A stretch of DNA of 64,000 nt, taken from positions 585,380 to 649,379 of the forward strand of contig CP072533.1 of NCBI GenBank assembly GCA_021730205.1, read 5' to 3'. Both the position numbers and the translations under genes were made by a program. Source of the DNA: Candidatus Ruthia sp. Cpac_8_S14. GTDB lineage: Bacteria; Pseudomonadota; Gammaproteobacteria; PS1; Pseudothioglobaceae. Under the pieces are notes generated by a model, which saw nothing but the letters and a program-made list of their open reading frames with translations, was not told the DNA's origin and ran no database searches. Below, piece by piece: positions 36,914-49,568 of this stretch (its first letter is position 1; each line of letters opens with the position of its first letter).

Positions 36914-37864
36914 GTGTTGTTAATCCAAGAACAAATCAGAACAGCACTAAAAGCACGTAATGCAGTCTTAGTTACACACTACTACGTAGATACTAAATTG
37001 CAAATTTTGGCAGAAGCAACTGGGGGTGTCGTTTCTGATTCATTAGAAATGGCACGTTTTGGTCAAAATTCTAATGCAGATTTAATTATTGTTGCTGGGG
37101 TTAAATTCATGGGTGAGACCGCTAAAATCCTCTCCCCTGAAAAAACAGTGCTTGTTTTAGATAACAACGCCACTTGCTCTTTAGATGAAGACTGCCCCAT
37201 TGAGGCATTTTCCAAATTTTGCGATCAACATCCTGATAGAACAGTTGTCGTTTATGCTAATACTTCAGCACAAGTTAAAGCAAGGGCAGATTGGGTGGTC
37301 ACTTCTGGCAGTGCGTTTAACGTTGTCAAACACTTAAAAATCAATGGCAAAAAAATCTTATGGGCACCTGACAAGAATTTGGGTAATTATGTTAAGAATA
37401 AAACAGGTGCTGATATGCTACTTTGGCAAGGTGCTTGTGTGGTGCATGAACGTTTCAAAGCCAAAACACTCATTCAATTGCAAAATAAATACCCAGAAGC
37501 TGCTACTTTAGTTCATCCAGAATCGCCACAAGAAGTGGTTGATTTGGCAGATATAGTCGGCTCAACCACCGCACTGATTAATGCAGTCAAAAACAGGAAA
37601 GAACAAACTTTTATCATTGCAACTGATAATGGCATTTTTCATAAAATGCATGAAGTTGCTCCCAATAAAAAACTTATCGAAGCGCCAACAATGGGTGTTG
37701 GTGCAGATTGTGAGTCATGCGCACATTGCGAGTGGATGGCGATGAACACGCTAGAAAATTGTTTAAGCGCCTTACAAACAGGTAATAACGAAATATTTAT
37801 TAATACTGACATTCGTAAAAAAGCAAAAAATGCGATTCAAAAATTACTTGACTTTACCGCATAA
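36914..37864 (+). CDS. nadA: Quinolinate synthase
   Basis: [49 protein letters not shown]. Confidence 0.96.
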   Translation: MLLIQEQIRTALKARNAVLVTHYYVDTKLQILAEATGGVVSDSLEMARFGQNSNADLIIVAGVKFMGETAKILSPEKTVLVLDNNATCSLDEDCPIEAFSKFCDQHPDRTVVVYANTSAQVKARADWVVTSGSAFNVVKHLKINGKKILWAPDKNLGNYVKNKTGADMLLWQGACVVHERFKAKTLIQLQNKYPEAATLVHPESPQEVVDLADIVGSTTALINAVKNRKEQTFIIATDNGIFHKMHEVAPNKKLIEAPTMGVGADCESCAHCEWMAMNTLENCLSALQTGNNEIFINTDIRKKAKNAIQKLLDFTA

Positions 37865-37901
37865 AAAGTAAAACTTATGCCCACACTAACGGAGCATTAT
37901 T

Positions 37902-38642
37902 ATGGCAGGACATAGTAAATGGCACAATATTCAACACCGCAAAGGCGCACAAGATGCCAAACGTGGCAAAATATTCACCAAGTTGATTAAAGAAATCGTC
38001 ATCGCTGCCAGAATAGGTGGTGATATGATTGAAAACAACCCCTCTCTTAGAATGGTAATTGATAAAGCCTTGGCAGCAAATATGAAACGCGACACCATTG
38101 AAAATGCCGTCAAACGTGGCAGTGGCGACCTTGATGGGGGTAATTATGAAGAAATCCGTTATGAAGGCTATGGCTTAGGCGGTACTGCTATTATGATTGA
38201 CTGTTTGAGTGATAATCGTAATCGCACAGTATCTGATGTACGTCACGCTTTCTCAAAACACGGCGGTAATTTAGGCACAGATGGCTCGGTGTCTTATCTA
38301 TTCATCAAACAAGGCTTTATTAGCTTCGAGACAGGCGATGAAGATCAAATTATGGGAGTAGCACTTGATGCAGGTGCGCAAGATATCATCACTAACGACG
38401 ATGGCTCTATTGATGTCATCACTACACCTGAGGATTTTTTTATAGTTAAGGATGCACTCACAAATGCAGAACTTAAGCCAAGCCACGCCGAAGTAACCAT
38501 GGAACCTGCTAACCGTGTTGAACTTAATCTGGGCGATGCAGAAAAATTCATGAAACTGATTGACCGCTTAGAAGATTTAGACGATACCCAAAAAGTCTAT
38601 CACAATGCCGATATTTCTGATGAAGTGATGGCGCAGTTATAA
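37902..38642 (+). CDS. yebC: YebC/PmpR family protein
   Basis: [45 protein letters not shown]. Confidence 0.97.
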   Translation: MAGHSKWHNIQHRKGAQDAKRGKIFTKLIKEIVIAARIGGDMIENNPSLRMVIDKALAANMKRDTIENAVKRGSGDLDGGNYEEIRYEGYGLGGTAIMIDCLSDNRNRTVSDVRHAFSKHGGNLGTDGSVSYLFIKQGFISFETGDEDQIMGVALDAGAQDIITNDDGSIDVITTPEDFFIVKDALTNAELKPSHAEVTMEPANRVELNLGDAEKFMKLIDRLEDLDDTQKVYHNADISDEVMAQL

Positions 38643-38680
38643 GTTATAATAATGACACGATAATAACTTTATTTCGAACC

Positions 38681-38902
38681 GTGCAACACATACACTTACA
38701 AGTCCAAGACAACCACATGCAAAAGCTAATGCTTATATTGGGCAATTTGAAAAATGTCATGATTAAAAAAATACAAATCGATAATGAAAATGACAAACAA
38801 GCACTAATCAACTTACAAAAATCTAGCATGGCATCCACTTGGAACAACGAATCAAGCAACTTTTTTGTGATGCTATTTTATAATTCATGTGGCAACCCCT
38901 AA
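38681..38902 (+). other. Small ORF resembling a type II antitoxin-like protein; tail possibly frameshifted
   Basis: MQHIHLQVQDNHMQKLMLILGNLK...QKSSMASTWNNE. Weak resemblance only. Confidence 0.25.
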
Positions 38903-38959
38903 AAAACCGTCATTCAAAATATATTCTTTATACTTGCCAGTACTATTGTATTCATCTTT

Positions 38960-39637
38960 AAACAAAACCTCGGCACGCATAGGGCAATTTATGTCTTATG
39001 TAAACTAGCAAAGGAAGAAAAGAAATATCGCAAACAAGTTGTACAAATTCTCTGCTCACACATTTGCTCAAAAACACAAGAAAAAAAACGAACAAGGTAA
39101 GTACACCTATCGAACACAACACAAAGACCGTTTATCAAATGAAATACAAACCATAATTAATCTTTTATTTGCAAAAAAAGTAGTTTTCCTAAGATTGATT
39201 TATCTCACGCCTATTTATAGCAGGGGCAGATTTTATTTTGATACGATGTCAAGGAGTAGTCTTTGATAGAGTTTAGTGTCAGGGAGCAAGATTTACTGAA
39301 TCAAAAGTGCCAAGGGGCGAATTTCTACCGCACACAGTGTCAAGGTGCTTATGCCTATAGCTATAAGGGAAATGAAATTCTTTCTTTAAAAAACAGAATA
39401 GACAAAAATACTGAATTCAAAAACTTAGTACTTAAAGGTAGTATTGACAAAGAGATAATCAAAACAATTGAAAATTTAAGACTCTATTTGCCTAATTATT
39501 GGTATCAAAAGATGCAGAAAGTTATTAAAGATAATGAAAATATAGAGTCAAGTTATGCTGTAGTACTAGCAGACGATTGCATTCCTGGCATCTTAGAAAA
39601 CAACAAAGAAATCCAAGTAATTATTAGACGAAATTGA
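38960..39637 (+). pseudogene. Pentapeptide-repeat protein
   Basis: AIYVLCKLAKEEKKYRKQVVQILCSHI, NEIQTIINLLF, IDLSHAY, then decamer repeats RCQGVVFDRV*CQGARFTES-KCQGANFYRTQCQGAY. Several frameshifts. Confidence 0.7.
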
Positions 39638-39659
39638 TAGTCAAAACCATTAAAAGATC

Positions 39660-42600
39660 ATGATTAAAACCGTTCAACATATTCAAGCATCAAGCAGTTT
39701 TAAACAAGGTATGCTTAATAAAAAAATAGCTCGCCTTGGCGTTAAACTAATCGGCACTGAATTTGTGCATTTTTCAGATTGTGGAAATGCACTAACTAAT
39801 AGTGAGGTAGCCACACTTGAAAGGCTTTTAAATTATAGCACACGTCTTGAGATAACAAGCAGTACACAAATTATTGTCATTCCACGTCTTGGCACAATCT
39901 CACCTTGGTCGTCAAAGGCGAGTGACATTTTGCATTTGTGCGGGCTTGAAAAAGTACGTCGTATTGAGCGAGGAATTATTTATCATTTTGATAAGAAAAT
40001 CACAGATAAAAAAGCAATTTTATCTATCATCATGGACAAAATGACTGAGTCAGAACTTAGCTCAATTGATGATGTACATTTAATTTTTGACAACTCTGAG
40101 CCTCAACCACTAACAAATATTGATATTTTAGTTGAGGGGAAATCTGCGCTAGAACGTACTAATGCAGAACTGGGTTTGACGTTATCGAGTAGAGAAATTG
40201 ACTATTTGGTGACTAGTTTTACTAAGCTAAAGCGCAATCCTACAGATATTGAATTGATGATGTTTGCACAAGCAAATTCAGAGCATTGTCGGCATAAAAT
40301 TTTTAATGCAGATTGGACGATTGATGGTGAACGCCAAGCAAAAAGCCTATTTTCTATGATTCGCAATACTTATCATCAACATCCAGAAGGTTTGTTGAGT
40401 GTTTATTCAGACAATTCAGCGGTGATGGCAGGTTATCAAGGTGAGCGTTTTTATGCAGACACCAAGGGTAAATACACCACTTCAAAAGAACACCGAGCGA
40501 TTTTAATGAAAGTTGAAACTCACAACCATCCTACTTCCATTGCACCTCATTCAGGAGCAGCTACAGGCTCTGGCGGGGAAATTCGTGATGAGGGTGCAAC
40601 AGGTCAAGGCTCCAAGCCTAAAGTAGGCTTATGTGGATTTAGTGTTTCTAATTTAAACATTAAAAATGCTCAGCAACCTTGGGAGATTGATTACGGCAAG
40701 CCCAATCAAATTAAATCAGCACTCGAAATTATACTTGAAGGGCCAATTGGAACAGCCAGTTTTAATAATGAATTTGGTCGTCCAAACACCTTGGGCTATT
40801 TTAGAACTTTTGAGCAAAAAACGCCGAATGGCGACGTGCGTGGCTATCACAAGCCAATTATGTTGATAGGTGGTTTGGGACACATTCAAGAGCAACACAT
40901 TAAAAAAGGTGACATTCCAGTGGGAAGTAAGATTATCGTTTTAGGTGGTCCAGCAATGTTAATCGGTTTGGGCGGTGGCGCGGCATCAAGTATTAAAAGT
41001 GGTGAGCAAAGCGAGGATTTAGATTTTGCTTCAGTACAACGTGCTAATCCTGAAATGCAAAGGCGCGCTCAAGAGGTAATTGATAGTTGCACCAATATGG
41101 GTAAAGACAATCCGATTGTTTCTATTCACGATATTGGCGCAGGTGGTTTGTCTAATGGCTTGCCTGAATTGGTGAATGATTCTGGTAGGGGTGGAGAATT
41201 CCAATTACGCGCCATTCCAAATGATGATTTTAAAATGTCACCACTTGAAATTTGGTGTAACGAATCACAAGAACGCTACGTGTTAGCAGTTAAAGAAAAC
41301 AACCTTAAAACATTTACAGATATCTGTACTCGTGAGCAGGCACCTTTTGCGATATTAGGCGAATCAACCAAGGAACAAATACTTATCTTAAACGATGAGT
41401 TGTTTGACAACAATCCCATTAATATACCCATGGGTGTATTGCTTGGCAATTCACCAAAAAGTAGTATTAATGCACGCTCAACAGGTGATTATCTTAATGC
41501 GCTGGATACTAGTAATATCACTATTGATGATGCTATTTCTAGATTATTACAACTCCCAACCATTGCCAGTAAAAACTTCTTGATTACCATTGGTGATAGA
41601 AGCGTCACTGGCTTGGTCGCACGCGACCAGTTTGTAGGACCGTGGCAAGTACCTGTTGCAGATTGCGCCATATCATTAGCAGACTATACAGGCTATCAAG
41701 GCGAAATTATGTCTTTGGGTGAAAAAACACCTTTGGCATTGTGTAATGCTGAATCTGCAGCCAGAATGACAATTGGTGAAGCTTTAACCAATATATTAGG
41801 TGGTTTTATAGAAGATATTCACCACATTAGTTTAAGTGCCAACTGGATGAGTGCCAGTGGACATACAAACGAAGACGCAAAATTATTCTCAGCCGTTAAA
41901 ACTGTGGGCATGGATTTATGTCCAGAATTAGGCTTGACAGTGCCTGTAGGTAAAGACTCAATGAGCATGAAAACCTCATGGCAGGAACAAGGTGAGAATA
42001 AATCAGTCACTGCCCCACTTTCACTCATTATTACTGCTTTTTCTAAAACCTCTGATGTTCGCTTGCAACTTACACCACTACTTGAAACTGACCAAGATAG
42101 CGAGTTGTTGTTAATTGATCTTGGCTTTGGAAAAAATAGGATGGGTGGCTCTTGCTTGGCACAAGTTTATAATCAAGTCGGTAAAGATGCACCTAATCTT
42201 GATGATGCTTCTGTATTTAAGAGTTTCTTTACCACAATTAATCAACTCAATAAAGACAATCTAATCAGTGCTTATCATGACAGAAGTGATGGTGGCATTA
42301 TCACCACTTTAATGGAAATGGCATTTGCTTCACATTGTGGCTTAGACATTACTTCTAATGGTGAGATTGAAGAGTTATTTAGTGAAGAGTTAGGCTGCGT
42401 TATTCAAGTTAAAATACAAAACAAACAAGCCGTTATTGATGTTTTAAACCACGTTGGATTGTCAAATTGCACACGAAAAATTGCCTCGATTAATCACACT
42501 GATACAATTGAAATCATTTCAAATAATAAAATTATTTACACTAAATCAAGGACCGAACTACAATCCTTATGGTCAACTACCTCATTTGAAATCGCCAAGT

Positions 42601-43484
42601 TAAGAGACAATCCAGATTGCGCTAAAGAAGAGTTTAATAACATTAGTGACAATACATCAGGCATTAAAATTGATTTAAGTTTCGATATAAATCAATCTGT
42701 ATCAGCACCTTATATCAAAACCTCAACCAAACCAAAGATCGCCATTCTAAGAGAACAAGGCATTAATGGGCAAATAGAAATGGGTGCTGCATTCACCAAA
42801 GCTGAATTTGATGCCATTGACGTACACATGAGTGATATTTTATCTGGCAAAGTATCTTTGACTGGCTTTAAAGGCTTGGTAGCTTGTGGTGGTTTTTCCT
42901 ATGGCGATGTGCTTGGTGCTGGTAGAGGTTGGGCAAGTTCTATTCTTTATAACGCACGTGCTAAAGACGAATTTGAGGCTTTTTTCAATCGTAATGACAG
43001 CTTTGCACTCGGCGTGTGTAATGGCTGTCAAATGATATCTAATTTAACAGACATTATCCCTGGTAGTAAGCATTTTCCAATTTTTAAGCGCAACACTTCT
43101 GAGCAGTTTGAAGCGCGTTTTTCCTCAGCTCAAATCAAACAATCAAACTCAATTTTCTTAAAAGATATGGCAGGTTCAATCATGCCAATTGCTATTGCCC
43201 ATGGCGAAGGTCGTGCAAGCTTTACACTCCAAATGGATAAAAACCACTTAATCATGCAATATGTTGATCATGATGGTAAACCAACACAAAACTATCCACA
43301 CAATCCAAATGGCTCAGATTTTGCCACAGCAGGTGTTACCAATGAATCTGGACAGATCACCATCATGATGCCACATCCAGAAAGAGTGTTCAGAGCGGTG
43401 CAAAACTCACACCATCCAAAAAAATGGCATGAGCGTAGCCCCTGGATGAGAATGTTTGAAAACGCTAGAGCTTGGGTTGATTAA
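39660..43484 (+). CDS. purL: Phosphoribosylformylglycinamidine synthase (large form)
   Basis: [56 protein letters not shown]. Confidence 0.99.
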   Translation: MIKTVQHIQASSSFKQGMLNKKIARLGVKLIGTEFVHFSDCGNALTNSEVATLERLLNYSTRLEITSSTQIIVIPRLGTISPWSSKASDILHLCGLEKVRRIERGIIYHFDKKITDKKAILSIIMDKMTESELSSIDDVHLIFDNSEPQPLTNIDILVEGKSALERTNAELGLTLSSREIDYLVTSFTKLKRNPTDIELMMFAQANSEHCRHKIFNADWTIDGERQAKSLFSMIRNTYHQHPEGLLSVYSDNSAVMAGYQGERFYADTKGKYTTSKEHRAILMKVETHNHPTSIAPHSGAATGSGGEIRDEGATGQGSKPKVGLCGFSVSNLNIKNAQQPWEIDYGKPNQIKSALEIILEGPIGTASFNNEFGRPNTLGYFRTFEQKTPNGDVRGYHKPIMLIGGLGHIQEQHIKKGDIPVGSKIIVLGGPAMLIGLGGGAASSIKSGEQSEDLDFASVQRANPEMQRRAQEVIDSCTNMGKDNPIVSIHDIGAGGLSNGLPELVNDSGRGGEFQLRAIPNDDFKMSPLEIWCNESQERYVLAVKENNLKTFTDICTREQAPFAILGESTKEQILILNDELFDNNPINIPMGVLLGNSPKSSINARSTGDYLNALDTSNITIDDAISRLLQLPTIASKNFLITIGDRSVTGLVARDQFVGPWQVPVADCAISLADYTGYQGEIMSLGEKTPLALCNAESAARMTIGEALTNILGGFIEDIHHISLSANWMSASGHTNEDAKLFSAVKTVGMDLCPELGLTVPVGKDSMSMKTSWQEQGENKSVTAPLSLIITAFSKTSDVRLQLTPLLETDQDSELLLIDLGFGKNRMGGSCLAQVYNQVGKDAPNLDDASVFKSFFTTINQLNKDNLISAYHDRSDGGIITTLMEMAFASHCGLDITSNGEIEELFSEELGCVIQVKIQNKQAVIDVLNHVGLSNCTRKIASINHTDTIEIISNNKIIYTKSRTELQSLWSTTSFEIAKLRDNPDCAKEEFNNISDNTSGIKIDLSFDINQSVSAPYIKTSTKPKIAILREQGINGQIEMGAAFTKAEFDAIDVHMSDILSGKVSLTGFKGLVACGGFSYGDVLGAGRGWASSILYNARAKDEFEAFFNRNDSFALGVCNGCQMISNLTDIIPGSKHFPIFKRNTSEQFEARFSSAQIKQSNSIFLKDMAGSIMPIAIAHGEGRASFTLQMDKNHLIMQYVDHDGKPTQNYPHNPNGSDFATAGVTNESGQITIMMPHPERVFRAVQNSHHPKKWHERSPWMRMFENARAWVD

Positions 43485-43659
43485 TACAAACTCTAACAAT
43501 TATTTGAAAAAGTTGTGATTAATTGATACTTAGTTTTTGGGTTGTATCGCTGTCTTTAATTGCTTTAAGCGAAAAACGCTAAGATTAGAAATTTCTGGCA
43601 GAACTGTTGGTACTAGCACTAAACAGGTTAAGTGTCAAAAAAAAAATTGAAAGCTTTAT

Positions 43660-44162
43660 TCATGAAAAGCAATATTGGATTGGAAAAAACAAGCACTGAT
43701 TAAAAATACCATAATGAAAAATGCACTAGGAGTTTTTGTATTTAGGCAACACCTACCCGCTCAAATCATACATATGCAAAAACCACAAATACATTTTGAT
43801 GGTGCGTACTTTTATCTAAGTGGCGATGATGAAACACATTTTCACACGTGATATAAAAATTCATTTAGAAATATTTACCCCTACCTAGGCTTGATTATTA
43901 CGCCAACTTGCACCAGCTGAATTACAACAAAACATATCTAAAGGCGCAAAAAACTCGATGGGGTTCTTATAGCCATATTAACAATATTAACTTAAATTAT
44001 CTATTCATCATAGCGCCAATGAGTGTGATTGATTATGTCATTATGCATGAGCTTATCCATATCAAACACAGGTGTACCATCAAAGTGAATTTTGGCAGTT
44101 GGTTGAATCTATTTTGCCTAACTATCTCAAAGAACAAGGCCTATCAATTAAGAAGATTGTAA
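43660..44162 (+). pseudogene. YgjP/DUF45-like zinc metallopeptidase
   Basis: QKTRWGS.S...INLNY..IIAPMSVIDYVIMHELIHIKH, then frameshift; upstream part is eroded. Confidence 0.75.
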
Positions 44163-44578
44163 AAATAAATCCAATTTTAATTTTTTCCTTACAAAGCCGC
44201 TTAGTTAAAGTTTGTAACTGAACGACTTTCTCACTCAAATAGTTTGACTCTTCTAAAGTATGTATAGTCAAGTTACATTCTAGTTTAAAACGCAGTGGTA
44301 AAAAGATTCTTACTCTATCTTCAATCGTATTCCACAAATCAAGCTTTGCTACTAAGTCATATTGATTAACAATCACTGATATAACCAGGTCTCTGGCTAC
44401 TCACCCACTTACCCGTAGCGTGCGGACTAAACAGAATAACCTTACTCAACTTACCTGTTTTTCTTTTGCCTGACGTCGCACTTACAACTGAATCAAATTC
44501 TTCACGAATGACTTGGAGAATTTGCCTTAAATGGGTTTGCTTATTATTAGGTAAATGCTCTAAAAGAGGGTCTTTCAT
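44122..44578 (-). pseudogene. Nucleotidyltransferase(MNT)-HEPN fusion protein, N-terminal part only
   Basis: LEHLPNNKQTHLRQILQVIREEF...KRKTGKLSKVILFSPHATGKWV...GYISD and IVN...W..IEDR...NLTIHTLEE. No HEPN RxxxxY domain remains. Confidence 0.7.
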
Positions 44579-44814
44579 TTAGTTTGGTCGGAAAACGCTT
44601 GTTGGTTAGATGTTGATATTCATTGTTGGTGTGGATTATACAGATACAGTGATGACGGTGAGGTGGAGGGTAGATTCTCTAATTTTAGATGATTCTTAAT
44701 GCTACACAATAACATGAAAGCAATTTTAAGTGGTAGTAAAAACAAAGTTTCCACCGCTCTAAGAACAAATAGATACTATTTATATCTGGTTGTATTAATA
44801 CGCTAAAAGAAGCC

Positions 44815-45144
44815 CTATTTAGCATCAAACTTTTCGCTAGCTTTCTCCATTTCGCCTTTTAAAGTACCCATTTTAGCCATTTCAACAATAATATCACCAC
44901 CACCCACTAACTCTGAGTTGAAATAAATTTGAGGGAATGTTGGCCAGTCTGCAAATGCAGGCAAGTTCTGAAACACTTCCTGATCTTCAAAAATATTAAC
45001 ATAGGTAAACTCAACACCTGTTGAGGCAAGTGTTTTCGTCGCTGTAGCAGAAAAACCACACTGTGGGAATTGCGGCGTGCCTTTCATATAAAGTACAACT
45101 GCTGCACTGTCTACTTGCTGTTGAATTCTGTCCATTACGTTCAT
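44815..45144 (-). CDS. grxD: Monothiol glutaredoxin Grx4
   Basis: YMKGTPQFPQCGFS, WPTFPQ, VGGGDI. Confidence 0.96.
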   Translation of the reverse strand: MNVMDRIQQQVDSAAVVLYMKGTPQFPQCGFSATATKTLASTGVEFTYVNIFEDQEVFQNLPAFADWPTFPQIYFNSELVGGGDIIVEMAKMGTLKGEMEKASEKFDAK

Positions 45145-45210
45145 TTTGTTACTCCTATTTAATGTTTAATTGCTGAATATTTTACTCATGTATTATTTTA
45201 CAAATACTTT

Positions 45211-45798
45211 CTATTTAATCGCTTGGGAAATGGTATATTTTTGCCCTTGTTTGAGTTTTTTATAATTACCAAATACGGATTTAAAATTATCTTTAATAAA
45301 GTGTTTCAAACCGTTAATGGTTACAAATGTTATTCTACCGCCTGATTTTAACGCATCATAAGCATCATACAAAATAATACTGAGTTGCTCTCTGCCTACT
45401 TTTGCGGGTGCGTTTGATAATATTTGATCAAAATAATTTGTTTTATTAACACTTAAAAACGTATCTGACAAATAAGCCTGAGCATTATCAATATGGTTAA
45501 GTTTAGCATTGATGTTTGACAATTCTACGGCAACAAAATCTTTATCCACCATGTGTACTTCTGTTTGTGGAGAAGACTTAGCAACTGCTAAACCAATAGG
45601 ACCATAACCACAGCCTAAATCAAGGCACTTGTCATCATTGGCAATCTTTAAATGCTTCATGAATAACTCAGTACCATCATCAATAGAGCGAGGGCTAAAT
45701 ACACCCCAGCGCGTTTTTAGGGTTAAATTAGCTCCAAGTAGATTTGTTTGAATAGTTAAATCTTGCTTTAATCTTGGAATGTCTTTTTTTGTAAACAT
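45211..45798 (-). CDS. Class I SAM methyltransferase, MTS/RsmC-like
   Basis: GVFSPRSIDDGT, LDLGCGYGPIG, ILSNAP. Confidence 0.85.
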   Translation of the reverse strand: MFTKKDIPRLKQDLTIQTNLLGANLTLKTRWGVFSPRSIDDGTELFMKHLKIANDDKCLDLGCGYGPIGLAVAKSSPQTEVHMVDKDFVAVELSNINAKLNHIDNAQAYLSDTFLSVNKTNYFDQILSNAPAKVGREQLSIILYDAYDALKSGGRITFVTINGLKHFIKDNFKSVFGNYKKLKQGQKYTISQAIK

Positions 45799-45836
45799 AT
45801 CGCGCCTTATTATACATAAGGGTATTTAATAAACTG

Positions 45837-47213
45837 ATGATGATAAAATACACGAACATGAACAGACCAGAACTACTTTCCCCTGCTGGTAGCCTTAAAC
45901 ATATGCGCTACGCTTATGCTTATGGTGCAGATGCCATCTATGCAGGACAACCAAGATACAGCCTCAGAGTGCGTAATAACTCATTCGATGCCAAAACTTT
46001 AGAGCAAGGTATACTTGAGGCACATGCAAATAATAAAAAATTCTTTGTTGCTTCAAATATTATTCCCCACAATGGCAAAATTAAAACTTACATGAAGGAT
46101 ATTGAACCCATCATTAATTTTAATCCTGATGCTTTAATTATGGCAGACCCTGGTTTGATTATGATGGTGAAAGAAGAATTTCCCAACCAAGTAATTCACT
46201 TATCAGTTCAGGCAAATGCGATTAACTATGCAACAGTAAAATTTTGGAAAAATATGGACATTAGTCGCATTATTCTTTCGCGTGAATTGTCATTAAATGA
46301 AGTTAAAGAAATTCGCCAAGAATGCCCAGATATTGAACTAGAAGTATTTGTGCACGGTGCATTGTGTATTGCCTATTCTGGTCGTTGCTTATTGTCAGGC
46401 TATTTTAATCACCGCGATCCAAACCAAGGCTCATGCACCAATTCTTGTCGTTGGAAATATGACGTTAAAGAGGCCGAAGAAACCCTTGAGGGTGATATTA
46501 AAGCAGTTGAAATTAAAACCCCTGAAAATCAAGTTGTGTTACTTGAAGAACAAGGTCGCCCTGGTGAATTAATGCCCACTTTTGAGGATGAACATGGCAC
46601 TTATATCATGAACTCCAAAGACTTACGCGCCGTTGAGCACGTACATACACTCACAACCATGGGGATTGATTCCCTTAAAATCGAGGGTAGAACCAAATCA
46701 CACTACTACGCTGCACGTACAGCACAAGTATATCGACAAGCCATTGATGATGCTGTTGCGGGTCGTGAGTTTGATAAAGATGCCTTTGGTGTGCTAGAGA
46801 ATCTTGCTAATCGAGGGTATACCGATGGCTTCTATCAAAGACACCAGCCAGAAGAATTGCAAACTTATTTTGATAATTATTCACGCTCACACAAACAACA
46901 AGTAGTGGGGGAAATTTTAGATTATAAAGATGGTAAGGCGTTTATCGAAGCCAAAAATAAATTTAGTGTGGGTGATTCTATTGAAGTTATCTTGCCTGAT
47001 GGTTGTTTTAATACCAGGGTTGAATCGATGCTAACTGAGCATAACGAAGTGTTGGACGTTGCTAAGGGTAGTGGCTATCGAGCGTGGATTCCGATGCGAA
47101 AAATTAAGCCAGAATTTGGCTTTATTGCTAGAAATTTTGACGAAAAGATTAAAATTAAAAACAAAAATATTCAAAAAAACCCTTCGCTAAAAATTCGTCG
47201 CCCTTCTTGGTAG
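45837..47213 (+). CDS. trhP: U32-family tRNA 5-hydroxyuridine modification protein (YegQ/TrhP)
   Basis: PELLSPAG, VFVHGALCIAYSGRCLLS, GSCTNSCRW, SLKIEGR, NRGYT. Confidence 0.92.
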   Translation: MMIKYTNMNRPELLSPAGSLKHMRYAYAYGADAIYAGQPRYSLRVRNNSFDAKTLEQGILEAHANNKKFFVASNIIPHNGKIKTYMKDIEPIINFNPDALIMADPGLIMMVKEEFPNQVIHLSVQANAINYATVKFWKNMDISRIILSRELSLNEVKEIRQECPDIELEVFVHGALCIAYSGRCLLSGYFNHRDPNQGSCTNSCRWKYDVKEAEETLEGDIKAVEIKTPENQVVLLEEQGRPGELMPTFEDEHGTYIMNSKDLRAVEHVHTLTTMGIDSLKIEGRTKSHYYAARTAQVYRQAIDDAVAGREFDKDAFGVLENLANRGYTDGFYQRHQPEELQTYFDNYSRSHKQQVVGEILDYKDGKAFIEAKNKFSVGDSIEVILPDGCFNTRVESMLTEHNEVLDVAKGSGYRAWIPMRKIKPEFGFIARNFDEKIKIKNKNIQKNPSLKIRRPSW

Positions 47214-47271
47214 TTTTAAAATAGCCTTATTATTACCAGTATAATTATTTCTTTTTAAATTAAGTCCTTAT

Positions 47272-49077
47272 TTGGTGTTAAATTCAATAACGTCTCCTGC
47301 AGATATTAAACAACTTGACATTGTACAATTGCAGTCTTTAGTTGAAGAAGTACGTACATTTTTAATTGAGAATATTCAAAAAACAGGTGGCCACTTAGCA
47401 TCTAACCTTGGCACAATTGAGATGACCATTGCCATGCATTATGTGTTTGACACACCGTATGACAGTTTTGTCTTTGATGTTGGTCATCAGGCTTATACCC
47501 ATAAAATCCTTACAGCTCGTCTTAACAAAATGCACACATTGCGCCAAAAAGATGGCTTATCTGGTTTTACAAAACGTAGCGAAAGCGAGCACGATAGCTT
47601 TGGTGCTGGACATTCATCAACCTCAATTAGTGCTGCTTTAGGCATTGCTATTGGTAATGGTATTAATAATAGCAATGGTAAATCTATCGCTGTAATTGGC
47701 GATGGCGCACTCACAGGTGGCATGTCATTTGAAGCGCTTAACCATGCAGGTGATAGTGATGCAGACCTGCTCATTATCCTAAATGACAATGATATGTCAA
47801 TATCAAAAAATGTGGGTGCTATGAATAAATACCTTACCAAGCTTATCTCTGGCAAGGTTTATTCAATCATGAAATCAAAGTCACTAGGGTTTTTAGAAAA
47901 AATGCCTAAAGTCCATGAATTTGCCAAACGCTCAGAAGAGCACCTTAAAGGCATGGTTTTGCCTAGTACTTTGTTTGAGGAATTGGGACTTGATTATTTT
48001 GGACCCATTGATGGACATGATTTATCCACCTTAGTCCAAACACTACAAAACCTCAAACAGCAAACAAAACCAAGACTCTTACACATTATTACCAGAAAAG
48101 GTTACGGGCTTGAAACAGCAGAAAACGATCCGTGTAAGTTTCATGGCGTAGTGCCCGCCTCATCAAACTCTTCCAATCTACCCAGTTACAGTACTGTATT
48201 TGCTACTTGGCTAAATAATACCGCACTTCATCATAAAAATCTAATTGCCATTACACCTGCCATGTGTACTGGGTCTGGCATGAGCGAATTTGAAAAAAAT
48301 TACCCTAAGCAATATTTTGATGTGGGTATTGCAGAACAACACGCCATCACTTTTGCAGGTGGACTTGCCACCCAAGGCCTAAAACCGATAGTGGCTATCT
48401 ATTCTACTTTTTTACAACGTGGTTATGACCAACTTATTCATGATATTGCACTACAAGATCTAAGTGTTATTTTTGCAATTGATCGAGCTGGGTTAGTGGG
48501 TAGCGATGGCGCAACTCATGCAGGTAGTTTTGATTTGAGTTTCCTAAGATGTATCCCCAACTTAACCATTATGGCGCCAAGTAATGCAATGCAAATGTAT
48601 CAAATGTTCAATACCGCATTTGAAACCAATGGCACTATTTGTATACGCTACCCTAGAGGCACATCAGATCTTCAAAATTACATCACTGATGAAAAAATTT
48701 CACTGGGTAAAGCAAAAGTCATACTTGAAGGCTCTAGTGTGGCAATTTTTGCTTTTGGCATCATGGTTAAAAGCGCACTTGCTGCAGGTAAAAAACTAGG
48801 TGCAACTGTGGTTGATATGCGCTTTGTTAAGCCACTTGATGAAACATTAATTATTAAATTAGCCAATTCACACACCAAACTTATCTCTATTGAAGATAAT
48901 GCTATCACAGGTGGTGCAGGTGGTGCAATCAGTGAACTTCTACATCAAAAAAAAATCAACATACCTTTAAGTATCTTAGGCTTGCCAGACAAGTTCAGTG
49001 AGCAAGGCGAGCAACAAGAATTATATAATTTGTATGGATTAAATGGAGCGGGCATTATCAATGCTGCACGTTCATGA
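47272..49077 (+). CDS. dxs: 1-deoxy-D-xylulose-5-phosphate synthase
   Basis: GGHLASNLG, FDVGHQAY, GDGALTGG...LNDN, DVGIAEQHA, RYPRG. Confidence 0.98.
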   Translation: MVLNSITSPADIKQLDIVQLQSLVEEVRTFLIENIQKTGGHLASNLGTIEMTIAMHYVFDTPYDSFVFDVGHQAYTHKILTARLNKMHTLRQKDGLSGFTKRSESEHDSFGAGHSSTSISAALGIAIGNGINNSNGKSIAVIGDGALTGGMSFEALNHAGDSDADLLIILNDNDMSISKNVGAMNKYLTKLISGKVYSIMKSKSLGFLEKMPKVHEFAKRSEEHLKGMVLPSTLFEELGLDYFGPIDGHDLSTLVQTLQNLKQQTKPRLLHIITRKGYGLETAENDPCKFHGVVPASSNSSNLPSYSTVFATWLNNTALHHKNLIAITPAMCTGSGMSEFEKNYPKQYFDVGIAEQHAITFAGGLATQGLKPIVAIYSTFLQRGYDQLIHDIALQDLSVIFAIDRAGLVGSDGATHAGSFDLSFLRCIPNLTIMAPSNAMQMYQMFNTAFETNGTICIRYPRGTSDLQNYITDEKISLGKAKVILEGSSVAIFAFGIMVKSALAAGKKLGATVVDMRFVKPLDETLIIKLANSHTKLISIEDNAITGGAGGAISELLHQKKINIPLSILGLPDKFSEQGEQQELYNLYGLNGAGIINAARS

Positions 49078-49568
49078 AAAAACTATTAAAACGCTACAGT
49101 CCTAACCCAGATGAATTAAAAGATTACAAGCACTTAGGCTGGCTTGGCAAGCATTTAAATCACTCAAGCTTGTGGAACTTTAATAGAAAGTCTATCTCTA
49201 AAGCATTTGCAGTTGGAGTGTTTTGTGCATTTATTCCCATTCCCTTCCAAATGTTATTAGCCGCGCCAATTGCGGTTATATCTAGTGCAAACCTACCACT
49301 ATCTATTGCTCTAGTTTGGATTACCAATCCTATTACCATGCCAGTTATTTTTTATGGTTGCTATAAACTTGGCGCTTGGATTTTGAATGTTAGTATCGAA
49401 AAGGGCTTTGTTATGTCACTTGAGTATGTTTGGCAAGTATTTGATGTTATTTGGCAGCCTTTCTTGCTTGGGTGCTTGATTGTTTCTATCGCCAGCTCAA
49501 TACTTAGCTACTTGTTGATACAATTTATTTATCGCTACAAGATTTACAAAAGAGTTAAAGGCTTCTAA
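49074..49568 (+). CDS. DUF2062 family membrane protein
   Basis: [17 protein letters not shown]....P, VWITNPIT. Confidence 0.88.
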   Translation: MKKLLKRYSPNPDELKDYKHLGWLGKHLNHSSLWNFNRKSISKAFAVGVFCAFIPIPFQMLLAAPIAVISSANLPLSIALVWITNPITMPVIFYGCYKLGAWILNVSIEKGFVMSLEYVWQVFDVIWQPFLLGCLIVSIASSILSYLLIQFIYRYKIYKRVKGF

